64,000 bases of DNA from Marine group II euryarchaeote REDSEA-S42_B7 (GCA_001629255.1 LURZ01000009.1:20876-84875), one strand, 5' to 3'. Shown: positions 1 to 10,517, numbered from the stretch's first letter. Made by a program: numbers and translations. Notes: generated by a model not told the origin, from the letters alone.

Positions 1-1260
1 GGTATCCAATGGATCCCCCCACTCGTTTACCTGTACGGTGGTGAGCAACGGGACATCGCTGAACGCGTCAGTAATCACTGTGATGTAACCATTCCATGTA
101 TCTCCACCCGAGTCACCAAGGTAAGCTAGAGCGACCTTGCCCGCACTTCCCGCGGCAATCACTGGAAACCCAGTTCCATTCAGGCCAATTGGAGGAGCTA
201 TCATGATAGGGGAGCTCCAAGTATCTCCTTCGTTCAACGAGTACGAGTAGTAGGGCATGTTATCGAAGCCCATCCAGAACGCGTGGACGTTGTCCTCTGA
301 GTCGGTGGCCACCTGGGCCTCCTCAAAGTTCCAGGTCTCTGCTGTTCCGCTAGTTTCAGTGGGAAGTGGGTGCTCTGTCCATGTTAGGCCGCCATTGGTG
401 CTTCTGTAGATCGAGTAACCCTCGCCTCCATTACAACCCCTGTTGCCTCTGTAGAAGTTCCCATTCTCGCTACCCGTGATGTGTCCAGTGAGCCCACCGC
501 TCTCGCAGTCTGAGGGTGTTCCAGGTAACTCCGGTCCCCATGTCAGGCCTCCATCGTTGCTTGCGGAGCAAACAGGGTATGGGTAGTTGCCATTGACGCA
601 GAACACCCATGTGGTTTGGTGAAAGGCAGCTGGATACGGCGAGGAGGCTATGGTTTGGTGATCCTGCACGGACCAACCCGTAGCCACAGAAGGCCCAATC
701 CAACTCTGACCCTCATTATCAGACCACTCCACCGTCATTCCCAACAAGGCGTGCATATCGAACTTCATGATCCGATCAGTCCAGGGATCGACGTAGACAT
801 AGGGGTCGTTGCTGTTTGGAACGGGCAAAAGAGCACTATAGACGTCCTCACAAGAGTACTCGCTCACACTCGACATACCAATTAGACCAGAGCACCTGAC
901 TATTGCAGTCGATCCAGCCGGCCCATTCCCCCAGCTAGTCATGTACAGGTTGTCCAGAGACGTGACTCCTATTGTAGGCTCGAATGTGGTCATTCCAATG
1001 CCGTAGTAAGTACCAATTGCGCACACAGGCGCATTGTCTCCTACTAGCACTGAGGTCCCGTTGAATAGGTCAGTGACCTTAGTAGCATCCGTGCCGTTGC
1101 CGTAGTGGTACCATGTGGTGTTGCTGATAGATCCTCCGTTATCAGCGCAGAGGGAGCCAAAGAGATCTATTTCCTCAGTCACCTCCTTCTCCTCGCCAAA
1201 ACAACCTCCTAGGGATGCCATAATCAGCAGAGAAACAATACTGAGAGCGGCTGCACGCAT
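1..1260 (-). CDS. BNR/Asp-box repeat (sialidase-fold-like) secreted lipoprotein; C-terminus runs off the window start
   Basis: My own minus-strand translation from the ATG at 1260 stays open to position 1 (420 codons). The ORF is absent from the track because it is open-ended. The N-terminus MRAAALSIVSLLIMASLGGC looks like a signal peptide plus a lipobox-like Cys. There are four Asp-box-like motifs: SDNEGQSW, SNDGGLTW, STNGGLTW and LNEGDTW. Confidence 0.75.
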   Translation of the reverse strand, partial: MRAAALSIVSLLIMASLGGCFGEEKEVTEEIDLFGSLCADNGGSISNTTWYHYGNGTDATKVTDLFNGTSVLVGDNAPVCAIGTYYGIGMTTFEPTIGVTSLDNLYMTSWGNGPAGSTAIVRCSGLIGMSSVSEYSCEDVYSALLPVPNSNDPYVYVDPWTDRIMKFDMHALLGMTVEWSDNEGQSWIGPSVATGWSVQDHQTIASSPYPAAFHQTTWVFCVNGNYPYPVCSASNDGGLTWGPELPGTPSDCESGGLTGHITGSENGNFYRGNRGCNGGEGYSIYRSTNGGLTWTEHPLPTETSGTAETWNFEEAQVATDSEDNVHAFWMGFDNMPYYSYSLNEGDTWSSPIMIAPPIGLNGTGFPVIAAGSAGKVALAYLGDSGGDTWNGYITVITDAFSDVPLLTTVQVNEWGDPLDT

Positions 1261-1382
1261 GCTCTACCGGCCTAGCCCTCCCTACATCAGTTAAACGGAT
1301 TGTTAGTATCCACGATATAACTGAAAAAATTGAGAACCGACAAGGGGGTTTCTTGAAATCACACCACTTGAACCGGGAAATC

Positions 1383-3839
1383 ATGAGATACCTCCCTCTT
1401 TTTCTCGTTTTACTGGTGCTCAGTGCTCCTGGATCTGTAGGAGTGATTGAACAATCACGTACAATAGATGCGACAAAGATGAGCTCAGAATTGGTATCAA
1501 TACTCGATTCTGGAGAGAAGATTGAGGCCATAGTGCAATTCTACGGTTCACCAAGCGAACTGACGTGGGATAGTGTTGAATCCACAGGCGCGGAAGTCAT
1601 CTCGAGGATGAGCGTCCTGCATGGTGCTCTAATCTCTGGAACTAACGAAGCAATCTCAGAACTCTCAACCAGGTCTTATATCAGCCACATGGAGGCAAAT
1701 GTCCCAATCGAGCATTTCTACCTGCCAGGAGATCAGGATGACTATGAATCAATGATGCACGAGACTGTAAGATGGGTAAACGCTAGTTTGGCCTGGCACA
1801 GGGCAATTATTGGAACGGACGGGGTATTGAAGACCGAAAGCGACCTCTCCCTCTCCGAGTATGACGGAAAAGGCGCTACTGCAGTCGATCTAGACACCGG
1901 GATAGACGGAGAACATCCGGATTTCGATTGCGGAGAGCCTTGGACCGGGGAGAAACTGATTTGGTCAGCAAAGTGGACGGGAGTGGCTTGGGTTGACGCT
2001 CCAAATTGCAACTCCGATACATCCAGCGGTCATGGGACCCATGTCGGGGGAACTATCGCAGGAAACGGCGATGCTTCCGGAGGTCGACGCCTCGGTACTG
2101 CGAAGGGAGCGACAATAGTTGCCCTTGGAACCGGTGATGGAGCCTCCATCTTTGCTGCGGTGGAGGGCCTGGAATGGACTTACGAACATAGCAGGCCAGG
2201 ACTAAATGACTTCAACATCCGAGTGGTGTCTAATTCTTGGGGTACTAACGGCGACTATAACCCCTCGAATGCAGTTACGGTATTGACCGATATGCTGACG
2301 TATGACAATGATGTAGCGGTAATTTTCGCAGCTTCCAACAGTGGCGGTAGTGGAGGGGAGTCAGAGAATGATCTCAGAACCAACATGTATGCAAACACTC
2401 CCTCGGCAATCTCAGTCGCTGCATTAGTACATGAGGGGAACGCAGTCACCTCCTTCTCTAGCAGAGGGTGGTCGACCCAGCAGCACACATGGCCGGATAT
2501 CGGAGCACCAGGTAGGAACATATGGGCGACGGCTCCACGGGCCACGGCGATCGACGCATCTACGAGAACCCAAGGGGACCTGTACTACATGGCAATCTCG
2601 GGAACGAGCATGGCTACACCGCACATAGGGGGGATAGCAACTCTCTTGCTGGCAGCCGCACCATCTCTAGGGGTTGCAGACTACCAAACTGAGGACCACG
2701 ATCACCTAGAGAGCTTATACTTCAACGAGACCGCAAAGGGTATCCAATTCGATGACTGGGAAGATAGGAACGAGTCGAGAGTACATGAGATCGAATTGAT
2801 TTTGGAATTGACTTCTCACTACGATCTACTCAGGAACTCTTGCGAAGAGGGTAACGACGACGATCCCTGCAATGATATCCCAGAGGAATGCTACATCTCT
2901 GAGGAGACCAATAGGTGCCATGATTGGAGGGTAGGCCACGGGTTAGTCGATACTGACAGGGCACTAGCACTATCTCGGACATTGCAAGTGATGAGGGATC
3001 CTGATGAGGATGGTTTCCTAGACTATCCTCAGGTTACGGTATGGGATGCATACAACCACTACGAGAAAATAATGGATACAAGGGAACTTCCATTGAAGAC
3101 GGATCAGCTTAGGCACGCATGGAAGGGAGAGTGGAGCCACTTCAACAATGGTCCTACCAGCACCTTCGGAACTTATGCAACAGAAGACAGGCACTACGTT
3201 TGGGTTCCGAACGGAACCTATGAGATGCAGATAGCTTTCAGCTCTCTGGATTGGGACTCCAATACTGCTCAAATTGCCCAAATCAGACCGAATGTGGACC
3301 TAGGCTCTGATGGTGATGACGATGCACAGGGGCAGGGGACCATAGTGGGCGATACCATCTACATAGCACTGGATGTCGAACCCGAGCACTGGGGCGAGTG
3401 GACTGAGTTCGACGTCACAGGAACAGCGATATCCCTCCCCGTAACTGGAATAATATCTGGTTCGGAGTTCATGGAACCTCGAGTCCCATACACTTTCGAC
3501 GTCTTACTAACTCTGGACGTATCAGAGCAGCAGACGGTGAACGTCCCACTTAGGTATGACGGATATTCTGATCTAGACCCAGCACAGCCGTCTGATCTTT
3601 ATGATCCGGACTCAGCTTTCGACCTCCTGATGGTGAGGCCCGTCTATGACGAGAGCCTGATACCCGATTACGAAGAGCAACCAGCGCTATCTGCTAAGGC
3701 CAAATCCGCTCTTTTTCCATTGGTCGTTTTCGGATCCTCTCTGATGTTACTGGCATTATTCGCGGGATTCCTGTTCTGGATGAGAGAGCTGTCAAGGCAC
3801 GAGGAAGAGAGCCTAGAACATGAGGCTCAAGACCAGTAG
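1383..3839 (+). CDS. subtilisin-like serine protease (peptidase S8), C-terminally membrane anchored
   Basis: The track ORF 1353..3839 starts at TTG. The ATG at 1383 gives the signal peptide MRYLPLFLVLLVLSAPGSVG. Catalytic motifs are DTGID, HGTHVGGTIAG, NSWG and GTSMATPHIGG. A C-terminal hydrophobic helix (LFPLVVFGSSLMLLALFAGFLFW) is followed by a charged tail. Confidence 0.9.
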   Translation: MRYLPLFLVLLVLSAPGSVGVIEQSRTIDATKMSSELVSILDSGEKIEAIVQFYGSPSELTWDSVESTGAEVISRMSVLHGALISGTNEAISELSTRSYISHMEANVPIEHFYLPGDQDDYESMMHETVRWVNASLAWHRAIIGTDGVLKTESDLSLSEYDGKGATAVDLDTGIDGEHPDFDCGEPWTGEKLIWSAKWTGVAWVDAPNCNSDTSSGHGTHVGGTIAGNGDASGGRRLGTAKGATIVALGTGDGASIFAAVEGLEWTYEHSRPGLNDFNIRVVSNSWGTNGDYNPSNAVTVLTDMLTYDNDVAVIFAASNSGGSGGESENDLRTNMYANTPSAISVAALVHEGNAVTSFSSRGWSTQQHTWPDIGAPGRNIWATAPRATAIDASTRTQGDLYYMAISGTSMATPHIGGIATLLLAAAPSLGVADYQTEDHDHLESLYFNETAKGIQFDDWEDRNESRVHEIELILELTSHYDLLRNSCEEGNDDDPCNDIPEECYISEETNRCHDWRVGHGLVDTDRALALSRTLQVMRDPDEDGFLDYPQVTVWDAYNHYEKIMDTRELPLKTDQLRHAWKGEWSHFNNGPTSTFGTYATEDRHYVWVPNGTYEMQIAFSSLDWDSNTAQIAQIRPNVDLGSDGDDDAQGQGTIVGDTIYIALDVEPEHWGEWTEFDVTGTAISLPVTGIISGSEFMEPRVPYTFDVLLTLDVSEQQTVNVPLRYDGYSDLDPAQPSDLYDPDSAFDLLMVRPVYDESLIPDYEEQPALSAKAKSALFPLVVFGSSLMLLALFAGFLFWMRELSRHEEESLEHEAQDQ

Positions 3840-3847
3840 GACAAATC

Positions 3848-4864
3848 TCACTTCCAGCCGTTCTCTAGAATGGGAGGTATGGTGTCCAGCACTGAATCCT
3901 TCGGGTTCTTCCACTTCATCCCAAGATCTCTCTGGGCCGGGGAAGCATCCCAGAACAGCCTCTTACCCAGGTGCATCCTTGCCCAGGACAGACTCACCCG
4001 CGGATGGAATATCGATACTATGAGGGATAGGAAGTATGGAATCTGCCGAGTGGGCACCCTAAGTGACGGATTTTCTGATCTTATCGCCTTGGAGATATCC
4101 TTCCACCACATCTGACCGGATACGACTAGATATCTCCCAGCATTATGTCCCCGAGTCATGGCCCTGACATGGGCCTCGGCTACGTCTCTCACGTCCACGA
4201 TGCTGATATGCATCGGTATTACGAAGGGAATCTCTCTCCTTAGCAACATCATCAGGATCGAGGGACTACCATTCAGGTGCCTCTTCGATAGAGGGGGCCC
4301 AAGAACAACGCAGGGGTTGATAGTCACCATCCTGATTGAATCCCCCTTCGATGAATGCCAGTCTCTGACTAACCTCTCAGCGCTGTATTTCGCCAGACCA
4401 TACGGATTCTCCTCAATCGTTGCGTCCTCTGCCCATGTATCCGTCGTAAGGGTCTGACCATCCTCCCATGAACTCGGTCTAATCGCAGCCGTAGAGGAGG
4501 TGTGGATTAGACACCTAACCGTTCCTGATGAATCTATTGCATCAAGCACGTTCCTGGTTCCCACCACACTCGGATCGACAATCTTCTCCTGCGCCCGCTT
4601 TGACTTTAGGACGACAACTGCCGCGGTGTGAATCACAGATTCGCAATCGGCCACGGCTTTTCGTACCGATTCAGCATCTAGAAGATCCATCTCTACGATA
4701 TCCAAGCTCCCCCCATCAGAAACAGGCAGAGATAGCAGATGATCGACCCTTTCAGGATCCGAAGAGTCTGTCACCGTCGCTCTGACCTGTGCACCTTTGG
4801 AAAGCAGGTTAGCTACTATGTGACTACCTATGAAACCACTAGCACCGGTAACCAGCACCGTCAT
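3848..4864 (-). CDS. NAD(P)-dependent extended SDR (epimerase/dehydratase family, aldehyde/cinnamoyl-CoA-reductase-like)
   Basis: It has an ATG start, the Rossmann motif VTGASGFIGSHI and the catalytic YxxxK motif (YGLAK). Confidence 0.8.
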   Translation of the reverse strand: MTVLVTGASGFIGSHIVANLLSKGAQVRATVTDSSDPERVDHLLSLPVSDGGSLDIVEMDLLDAESVRKAVADCESVIHTAAVVVLKSKRAQEKIVDPSVVGTRNVLDAIDSSGTVRCLIHTSSTAAIRPSSWEDGQTLTTDTWAEDATIEENPYGLAKYSAERLVRDWHSSKGDSIRMVTINPCVVLGPPLSKRHLNGSPSILMMLLRREIPFVIPMHISIVDVRDVAEAHVRAMTRGHNAGRYLVVSGQMWWKDISKAIRSENPSLRVPTRQIPYFLSLIVSIFHPRVSLSWARMHLGKRLFWDASPAQRDLGMKWKNPKDSVLDTIPPILENGWK

Positions 4865-4904
4865 AGTCCTACGAAGGGCTCTGCTGAAAAGAGACTATCG
4901 CCCA

Positions 4905-7232
4905 TCATTCTGAGCCAGATTTGCCAGACATCCAAGCGGGCGCCCACCAATTCAAGTCCCCCATCAGCCTCATTGTTGACGGGACAACTAGTGCCCTCAC
5001 TATCGTAGCATCGACAGCCACTCCCAAGGCCAACATGAACCCGAACTGCATCATGAGCGATACTGATGAGAACCCAAAGGCCGAGAACACAGTTACCATT
5101 ACGAGGGCGGCGGAAGTGATTATTCGTCCGCTCTTCTGCAGTCCTGTCGCTACGGCCAATGTGTTGTCCTCCGTTCTTTCCCATTCCTCATGGATCCTGG
5201 AGAGCATCAGCACTTCGTAGTCCATGCTAAGCCCGAACAAAATAGCAAAAATCATCACAGGAGTTGTTGGGTCTATCGGCTGGGGGGTGAAGTTGAGCAA
5301 CTCTGCTCCATTCCCTTCCTGGAAAACCCATACGAGTATTCCAAACGAGGCACTGACTGATAGTATGTTCATGATCAAAGCCTTCAGGGGCAGGATAACT
5401 GATCTCACCTGTAGGAAAATAAGTACATAGCTAGAGGTCAGAATGAACGCCAGCGCGATCGGTAGGTTCTCCTTCACAGCATCTAGAACGTCTTGGTTGT
5501 AAGCGGCAAAGCCTGCCACATTGACCTCCGAGCCACCTCCGAACTGCTCATTTTTCGCATCAAGATTCCGGATTTCCCTTACCACCTTCCTAGATGCCGC
5601 ACTGCTCTGGTCTCCTTCAATCGCAACTTGAACGAGAACTACGCCGTCCCCAACAGACGAATCAGCATAAAATCCCCTCTCCAATCTCAAGGCCTCAGCC
5701 TCTGATGGCGACAACTCGCCATCATCTGAATCGTCCCAGAATTCAACAACCTCGTCCTCGGTCCAGGTAGCGTTGAAGTGAGCGTAATTAAACACAAAAC
5801 TAGCACCTTCAATCGACAGCATTTCCTTGGAAAAAGCGTGGAGACTTCTGATATTTTCCTCTGAAAATACGTCTGTTCCTTCCTGGATTTCGTAAACAAC
5901 TAGAGCGGTATTGGAGACCTCCTGAGGCCAGTTTTCGTCCGTCAACTCCATACCGCTCCTAGCTTCATTATCGGGACTCAATGCCTTCCAAGAGGTAATG
6001 CCCCATTCGGCCTGAAGGAACGGTGCTCCCGCCACAAGCAGAATAAGCACGGAGGGGACCAGAAACGAAAGGGGCTTGCTCATAACCCTCTTAGCCAAAT
6101 CAGACCAGAAACCGTCATCCGCCACCTCTGTGCTGAGGCCCAATGGAACTCTGCCAGAGTTAATCCTGTCTCCGAGTATTGCCAATATTGATGGAAGCAG
6201 TATTACCGACGAGGTAAGAGCTACTAGAGTAGCACAAATCCCGCCCCATCCCAGTGATGGCAATCCCGTGTTCTCGAAGAATAGCATGCCGGTTAAGCCT
6301 GCGATCACTGTCAGGCCTGAGAACAGAATCGCTCTACCAGCGGTAGCGCTGGTCATCGCAATCGCAGTCCTCTTGTCATGTCCTCTCCCCAACTCCTCTC
6401 TAAATCGATTCACTATGAACAAGGAATAGTCAACGCTGAGACCGATACCCAGTAAGGATACGATATTTACAGCATAAACAGTTAGATCGTCAACAACGTA
6501 TGTGAGCCCATGAATGATACCAACCGCAGCTATAACAGTGTAGATTCCTGATAATGCCGGTAGGCTCGCCGATACAACAGTACCGAAAACAAACAACAGA
6601 ATTAGTATTGTCAGAGGGGCAGAAATCAACTCGGCCCTTAGGAGCTCCTCCTTCAGAACTAAATCGAAAGTAATGTCAATTGCTAAATTATCGGTGAGGT
6701 ACTTTTCCATACCTTGAGGAGAGCTGTTTGGCAACACAATATCCTCGTATATCTCCTTCAGTAGGATCTTCGAATCCTCTCTGTTCATATTGACCTTAAC
6801 GTAGACTCTGGACCACGAGGGATCAACACTGCTCACAAGGGAGGACCGATTTGCTTCGTTGGTCTCCCAGGGAACATCCAGATCGATATCATCGTTTGTC
6901 GAAAGTACCTCGATAGTCGACTGAATAGCGGACACTACCTCGGGGTCGTCATATGAGTGACCAGGATGGTGGAATAGTACGTGGAAAGACTCGAAGGCAG
7001 TTTCGTTAGGGTCCGAGAATCCTTCTCCCGCCGCTGACCACCCATCAACCGACTCAAGATCCCCCTCACCGTATCCTTCGATGTAGCGTGGCTCCAGTGA
7101 AATCATGTATCCGAGTCCGGCGCAGAGCAGCAAAGAGCATATCAAAACCGCTCGTGCGTAGTCGTGAACAAAGAGCCCTATCTTGTAATACAGCCTCCCT
7201 TCCAAAGCAGAAGGGTCGGTCGCTCCTTCCAC
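4905..7232 (-). CDS. MMPL/RND-superfamily membrane transporter
   Basis: It is 775 aa with a GTG start. Two hydrophobic multi-helix blocks are each adjacent to a large soluble loop. Duplicated RND/MMPL-type motifs are present: GLSVDYSLFIVNRFREE and GLSMDYEVLMLSRIHEE. Confidence 0.85.
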   Translation of the reverse strand: MEGATDPSALEGRLYYKIGLFVHDYARAVLICSLLLCAGLGYMISLEPRYIEGYGEGDLESVDGWSAAGEGFSDPNETAFESFHVLFHHPGHSYDDPEVVSAIQSTIEVLSTNDDIDLDVPWETNEANRSSLVSSVDPSWSRVYVKVNMNREDSKILLKEIYEDIVLPNSSPQGMEKYLTDNLAIDITFDLVLKEELLRAELISAPLTILILLFVFGTVVSASLPALSGIYTVIAAVGIIHGLTYVVDDLTVYAVNIVSLLGIGLSVDYSLFIVNRFREELGRGHDKRTAIAMTSATAGRAILFSGLTVIAGLTGMLFFENTGLPSLGWGGICATLVALTSSVILLPSILAILGDRINSGRVPLGLSTEVADDGFWSDLAKRVMSKPLSFLVPSVLILLVAGAPFLQAEWGITSWKALSPDNEARSGMELTDENWPQEVSNTALVVYEIQEGTDVFSEENIRSLHAFSKEMLSIEGASFVFNYAHFNATWTEDEVVEFWDDSDDGELSPSEAEALRLERGFYADSSVGDGVVLVQVAIEGDQSSAASRKVVREIRNLDAKNEQFGGGSEVNVAGFAAYNQDVLDAVKENLPIALAFILTSSYVLIFLQVRSVILPLKALIMNILSVSASFGILVWVFQEGNGAELLNFTPQPIDPTTPVMIFAILFGLSMDYEVLMLSRIHEEWERTEDNTLAVATGLQKSGRIITSAALVMVTVFSAFGFSSVSLMMQFGFMLALGVAVDATIVRALVVPSTMRLMGDLNWWAPAWMSGKSGSE

Positions 7233-7275
7233 AAACCCCCGGCACTACTTTCGCTTATCTATTTCTGTATTGTTA

Positions 7276-8064
7276 TTAATCTAATAATTCGGCAACAGAA
7301 TCCACTACAAGAGAAGGACGCAACTCGCCTCCCTCCACGTCATCTACCGAAGCCTCCCCTGAAAGCACCAGAATACCATGAACGCCCGCTCTATCTGCCA
7401 TCTCAATGTCTGTGTACAGCCTATCCCCAACCATGCAGCATTCAGAAGGTTTCAGCCCCAAATCCTCTATCTTGTGTAGAATCATCCCTTTGTTAGGCTT
7501 ACCACAAACGTGGGCGGGACTCACTCCCGTAGTCGCCTTGAACAAGGACATGTAAGCGCCGGTGTCGGGAAGCCCCCCCCTAGGGGACGGGCAGACCATA
7601 TCTGGATGGCTTGCGACCAACTGGACACCTTCGTGAAGATGTATTGACGCAGTAGCAAGTTTCTCGTAACTAATTTCTGTATCGTACCCCAGAACCACGA
7701 ATTCGGGCCGCTCTGAAGAGGTTTCAATACCCTCCTCTTCTAACATACCGCGCATCCCTTCCGTTCCGACCAGAAAGGTGCTAGTGACTCCCTTCTTACT
7801 TAGCCATGAAATCAGGTCGTGGGTTGAAAGTAAAACCTCGTCTTTGTCAGCATCGATACCTAGGTCCCTCAGTTTCCCAAGGTATTGCTCCACAGACTTG
7901 CTTGAGTTGTTTGACAGGAAGTATCTCTTGATGCCTCTTGTTTCCAACCTTTCGAGGAAATCCAAGGCTCCATCTATCAGACTATCTCCGAGGTATATGG
8001 TGCCGTCTAGATCCAAGAATATGGCCTTAATTCCATCCAGAGACTGACTGATTTCTCCTTCCAC
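7276..8064 (-). CDS. HAD-superfamily hydrolase, subfamily IIA (NagD-like sugar phosphatase)
   Basis: It has FLDLDGTIY (motif I, DxDGT) and MVGDRLYTDI (motif IV), with a GTG start. Confidence 0.8.
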   Translation of the reverse strand: MEGEISQSLDGIKAIFLDLDGTIYLGDSLIDGALDFLERLETRGIKRYFLSNNSSKSVEQYLGKLRDLGIDADKDEVLLSTHDLISWLSKKGVTSTFLVGTEGMRGMLEEEGIETSSERPEFVVLGYDTEISYEKLATASIHLHEGVQLVASHPDMVCPSPRGGLPDTGAYMSLFKATTGVSPAHVCGKPNKGMILHKIEDLGLKPSECCMVGDRLYTDIEMADRAGVHGILVLSGEASVDDVEGGELRPSLVVDSVAELLD

Positions 8065-8075
8065 GTCCCATCACA

Positions 8076-9434
8076 TCATGGCAGCAATATAGTCTTGAAT
8101 AGGAACCAGGGGCTCCAAAGGGCTTTCTGAGCCTCTTTATCTGCAATCATACCCGTCAGCATATCGCCCATCTCTTCCTTCCTAGAGGCCTTTCCAACGA
8201 ACCAATTCATCAACTTCTTCCACTTGACAACCTTCTGTAATCTGTGGGAGTTCGTCAGCTCCTTGCCAAGGGTGCTCCAAAGCTCCTCCATGTATTCAAT
8301 CGCATTCTCCTCGGGAAAACCCTCTGAGTGCTCATCCTTGTCGAAGTGCCTAGATGTCATCTTTGCAGAGACCAATCCGTTCCCTATCCCCTCACCGCTA
8401 AATGGGTCAACCAGGCTGGCTGCATCCCCAACGCACATCACACCCGCGCCCGCGTTCCTTCTGGGCTGATAGGAGGGGGGTTTTTTCCTCGGGGAGCCGA
8501 ATGGAAGTTGCCATCCCTTCTGGGATCCTTCAACTATTCTCGCATCTTTGAAACGCTCCTTGAAAACGGGATGATTCTCGATGACCCACCTCTGTTTCTT
8601 CTTCAGCGATTTGTCCATTCCTTTCTGCTTACGCTGTTCAGAGATTACCATCCCGATTCCAACGTTCACGACTCCTTCCTTCACCGGGAACAGCCAGAAG
8701 TATCCTGGAATGACCTCATCGATGAAATGAATCTCAATTGGTCCCTGACTTCCATCAAAGCCTCCGACGTCTTCCCAATACTCTCTGTAACCGCCGCAAT
8801 AGTGTTCATCATCTCTCATTGGCTCTTTGTGAATCCCCTCAACAAGCTTGGTGGCTACAGGGCACCTGTATCCCCCAGCTCCGATAGTGAGTGGGGCGAC
8901 GAAGCTAAATGTCGGAGAATCGGAAGATCTCTTTCCAAAGCTCCCGGATACTCCGACTATCGCACCATCCTCCTCCAGAACCTCCCTAACGTCGAATCCC
9001 TGAATTACAGAGCCGCCCGCTTCAATGACAATCTCAGTTGCCCTTCTGAACATCATGTAGTCGAACTGCTTCCTGGGAAGGGAGTAACCAGCCATCTTCT
9101 TCTCGAACTCGTCCTGTGGGAGCATAACCTTGACAGTGTTACCGTTTGCAGAACCGAACACTATGGAGTCAACCATGAAGTGGGGAGTTTTCTCAATCAT
9201 CTCCTTGACACCTAACTCCTTCACGTGCGAGAGCGATTTGCCGCCGACGGCATCTCCGCAGATCTTGTCCCTAGGCCACACATCTTTCTCGATTAGGAGA
9301 ACCTTGCATCCATTCAGCGCATTATAGGATGCTGCAGCGGACCCGCTAGGGCCCCCACCGACTACTATGACATCGAAGGAGCTCCCATCTTCCGGGATGC
9401 TGCCAGTGTCTATCGGACCTTCCCAATCATCCAT
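8076..9434 (-). CDS. geranylgeranyl reductase family flavoprotein (lipid saturation)
   Basis: It has the FAD motif DVIVVGGGPSGSAAA plus RKQFD and VGDAASLVDPFSGEGI motifs. The track ORF runs to 9734, but its first 100 codons lie antisense to the CutA-like gene. I chose the ATG at 9434 (MDDWEG...). Confidence 0.8.
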   Translation of the reverse strand: MDDWEGPIDTGSIPEDGSSFDVIVVGGGPSGSAAASYNALNGCKVLLIEKDVWPRDKICGDAVGGKSLSHVKELGVKEMIEKTPHFMVDSIVFGSANGNTVKVMLPQDEFEKKMAGYSLPRKQFDYMMFRRATEIVIEAGGSVIQGFDVREVLEEDGAIVGVSGSFGKRSSDSPTFSFVAPLTIGAGGYRCPVATKLVEGIHKEPMRDDEHYCGGYREYWEDVGGFDGSQGPIEIHFIDEVIPGYFWLFPVKEGVVNVGIGMVISEQRKQKGMDKSLKKKQRWVIENHPVFKERFKDARIVEGSQKGWQLPFGSPRKKPPSYQPRRNAGAGVMCVGDAASLVDPFSGEGIGNGLVSAKMTSRHFDKDEHSEGFPEENAIEYMEELWSTLGKELTNSHRLQKVVKWKKLMNWFVGKASRKEEMGDMLTGMIADKEAQKALWSPWFLFKTILLP

Positions 9435-9510
9435 ACTAGTCCCAGTGGGAGGGGCATCAACATTCAAACTATGCCATGAGGTTCTTCTGCGTTCCGTGCC
9501 ACGCACCGCT

Positions 9511-9825
9511 ATGAGCAGAACCTTGTGGATAGTCAAGACAACCCTTCCCGGTGAAATGAATGAAGCTGAAGTGGGCATGTGGTGCCAATCAATAATTGAA
9601 TCGAATTTGGCAGTCTGTGTAGATATGAAGAGAATAAACTCAGTTTTTCGATGGGAGGGAGAGATACAGAACGCCTCCGAATGGGATATCCAAATTAAGA
9701 CCCATGAATCCAGTAAAAACGGATTGATATCCAAAATAAAATCAGAACATTCCTACGACCTTCCACAGATTGTCTGGTGGTCGGTTGAGTCTACAGTAGA
9801 ATACTACAATTGGGTTCAAGGGTAA
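9511..9825 (+). CDS. cutA: CutA1 divalent-cation tolerance protein
   Basis: It lies inside track ORF 9367..9825, starting at the ATG at 9511 (MSRTLWIVKTT...). The CutA-like pattern is LAVCVDM..INSVFRWEGEIQ..EW.IQIKT....L...I...HSYDLPQIV, and the ~104-aa length is typical. Confidence 0.75.
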   Translation: MSRTLWIVKTTLPGEMNEAEVGMWCQSIIESNLAVCVDMKRINSVFRWEGEIQNASEWDIQIKTHESSKNGLISKIKSEHSYDLPQIVWWSVESTVEYYNWVQG

Positions 9826-9842
9826 CACGCTCTTCGTACTTC

Positions 9843-10517
9843 ATGGGAAAGGCTGGAACCCTAAGGCCTGCTAAGAAGGTCCCCACTGTCTGGTGGAGCT
9901 CCCCAAATCCGATGTCATTGAAGCCAAACAGATCTACAATGGCCATTCTGGTAATCGGCGAGTTCATCTTCGGACTAGGTGACTCACTTCTCATCGCAGC
10001 AGGTGTAGGGAATACGCCATGGACTGTTTTGGCGGAAGGTATAGCCGATACTACAGAAGTGTGGACAATAGGAGAGGCAACCTTTCTAGTCAGTGTTGCA
10101 GTAATGTTTCTGTGGATCCCAATAAAGGAGACTCCTGGCATTGGAACCATTCTGAATATCATCATTATAGCTCTCACGATTCATGTGATGGTACCAATAC
10201 TTCCCCAGCCGGAGAACCCCTTGGTCTCCATTCTGATGGCTTCCTTAGGGATCGTGCTCGTCGGAATAGGTAGTTGCATGTACTTGACTGCAAATCTAGG
10301 GCCAGGCCCAAGGGATGGCTGGATGACTGGACTTCAGAGAACCACTGGCATTCCGATTGGGAGAGTTAGAATTGCCATAGAAGCCTCAGTCCTGGTTATT
10401 GGCATAGTACTAGGTGGTACATTTGGAATTGGCACTATTCTCTTCGCGGTAACCATTGGCCCCGTTGTAGCATCCTGCCTGTCGATAGCCAGTAGGATTG
10501 ACTCCACTACCGGATGA
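9843..10517 (+). CDS. polytopic membrane protein, YczE/YitT-like
   Basis: The track ORF starts at TTG 9810; the first ATG is at 9843, just after the cutA stop. It has the motif FGLGDSLLIAAGVGNTPWTVLAEGI and about 6 hydrophobic helices. Confidence 0.55.
   Translation: MGKAGTLRPAKKVPTVWWSSPNPMSLKPNRSTMAILVIGEFIFGLGDSLLIAAGVGNTPWTVLAEGIADTTEVWTIGEATFLVSVAVMFLWIPIKETPGIGTILNIIIIALTIHVMVPILPQPENPLVSILMASLGIVLVGIGSCMYLTANLGPGPRDGWMTGLQRTTGIPIGRVRIAIEASVLVIGIVLGGTFGIGTILFAVTIGPVVASCLSIASRIDSTTG

Noticed and set aside
8328-9215. A 295-aa plus-strand ORF, antisense to the geranylgeranyl reductase gene.
   Set aside because: It lies entirely within a gene that has strong FAD and GGR motifs. Its own translation is low-complexity with no motifs, so I treat it as a shadow ORF.
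9435-9734. A 100-codon N-terminal extension of the reductase ORF in the track.
   Set aside because: The extension is antisense to a well-formed CutA-like gene and precedes the Rossmann motif by an implausible distance. An in-frame ATG at 9434 gives a normal N-terminus.
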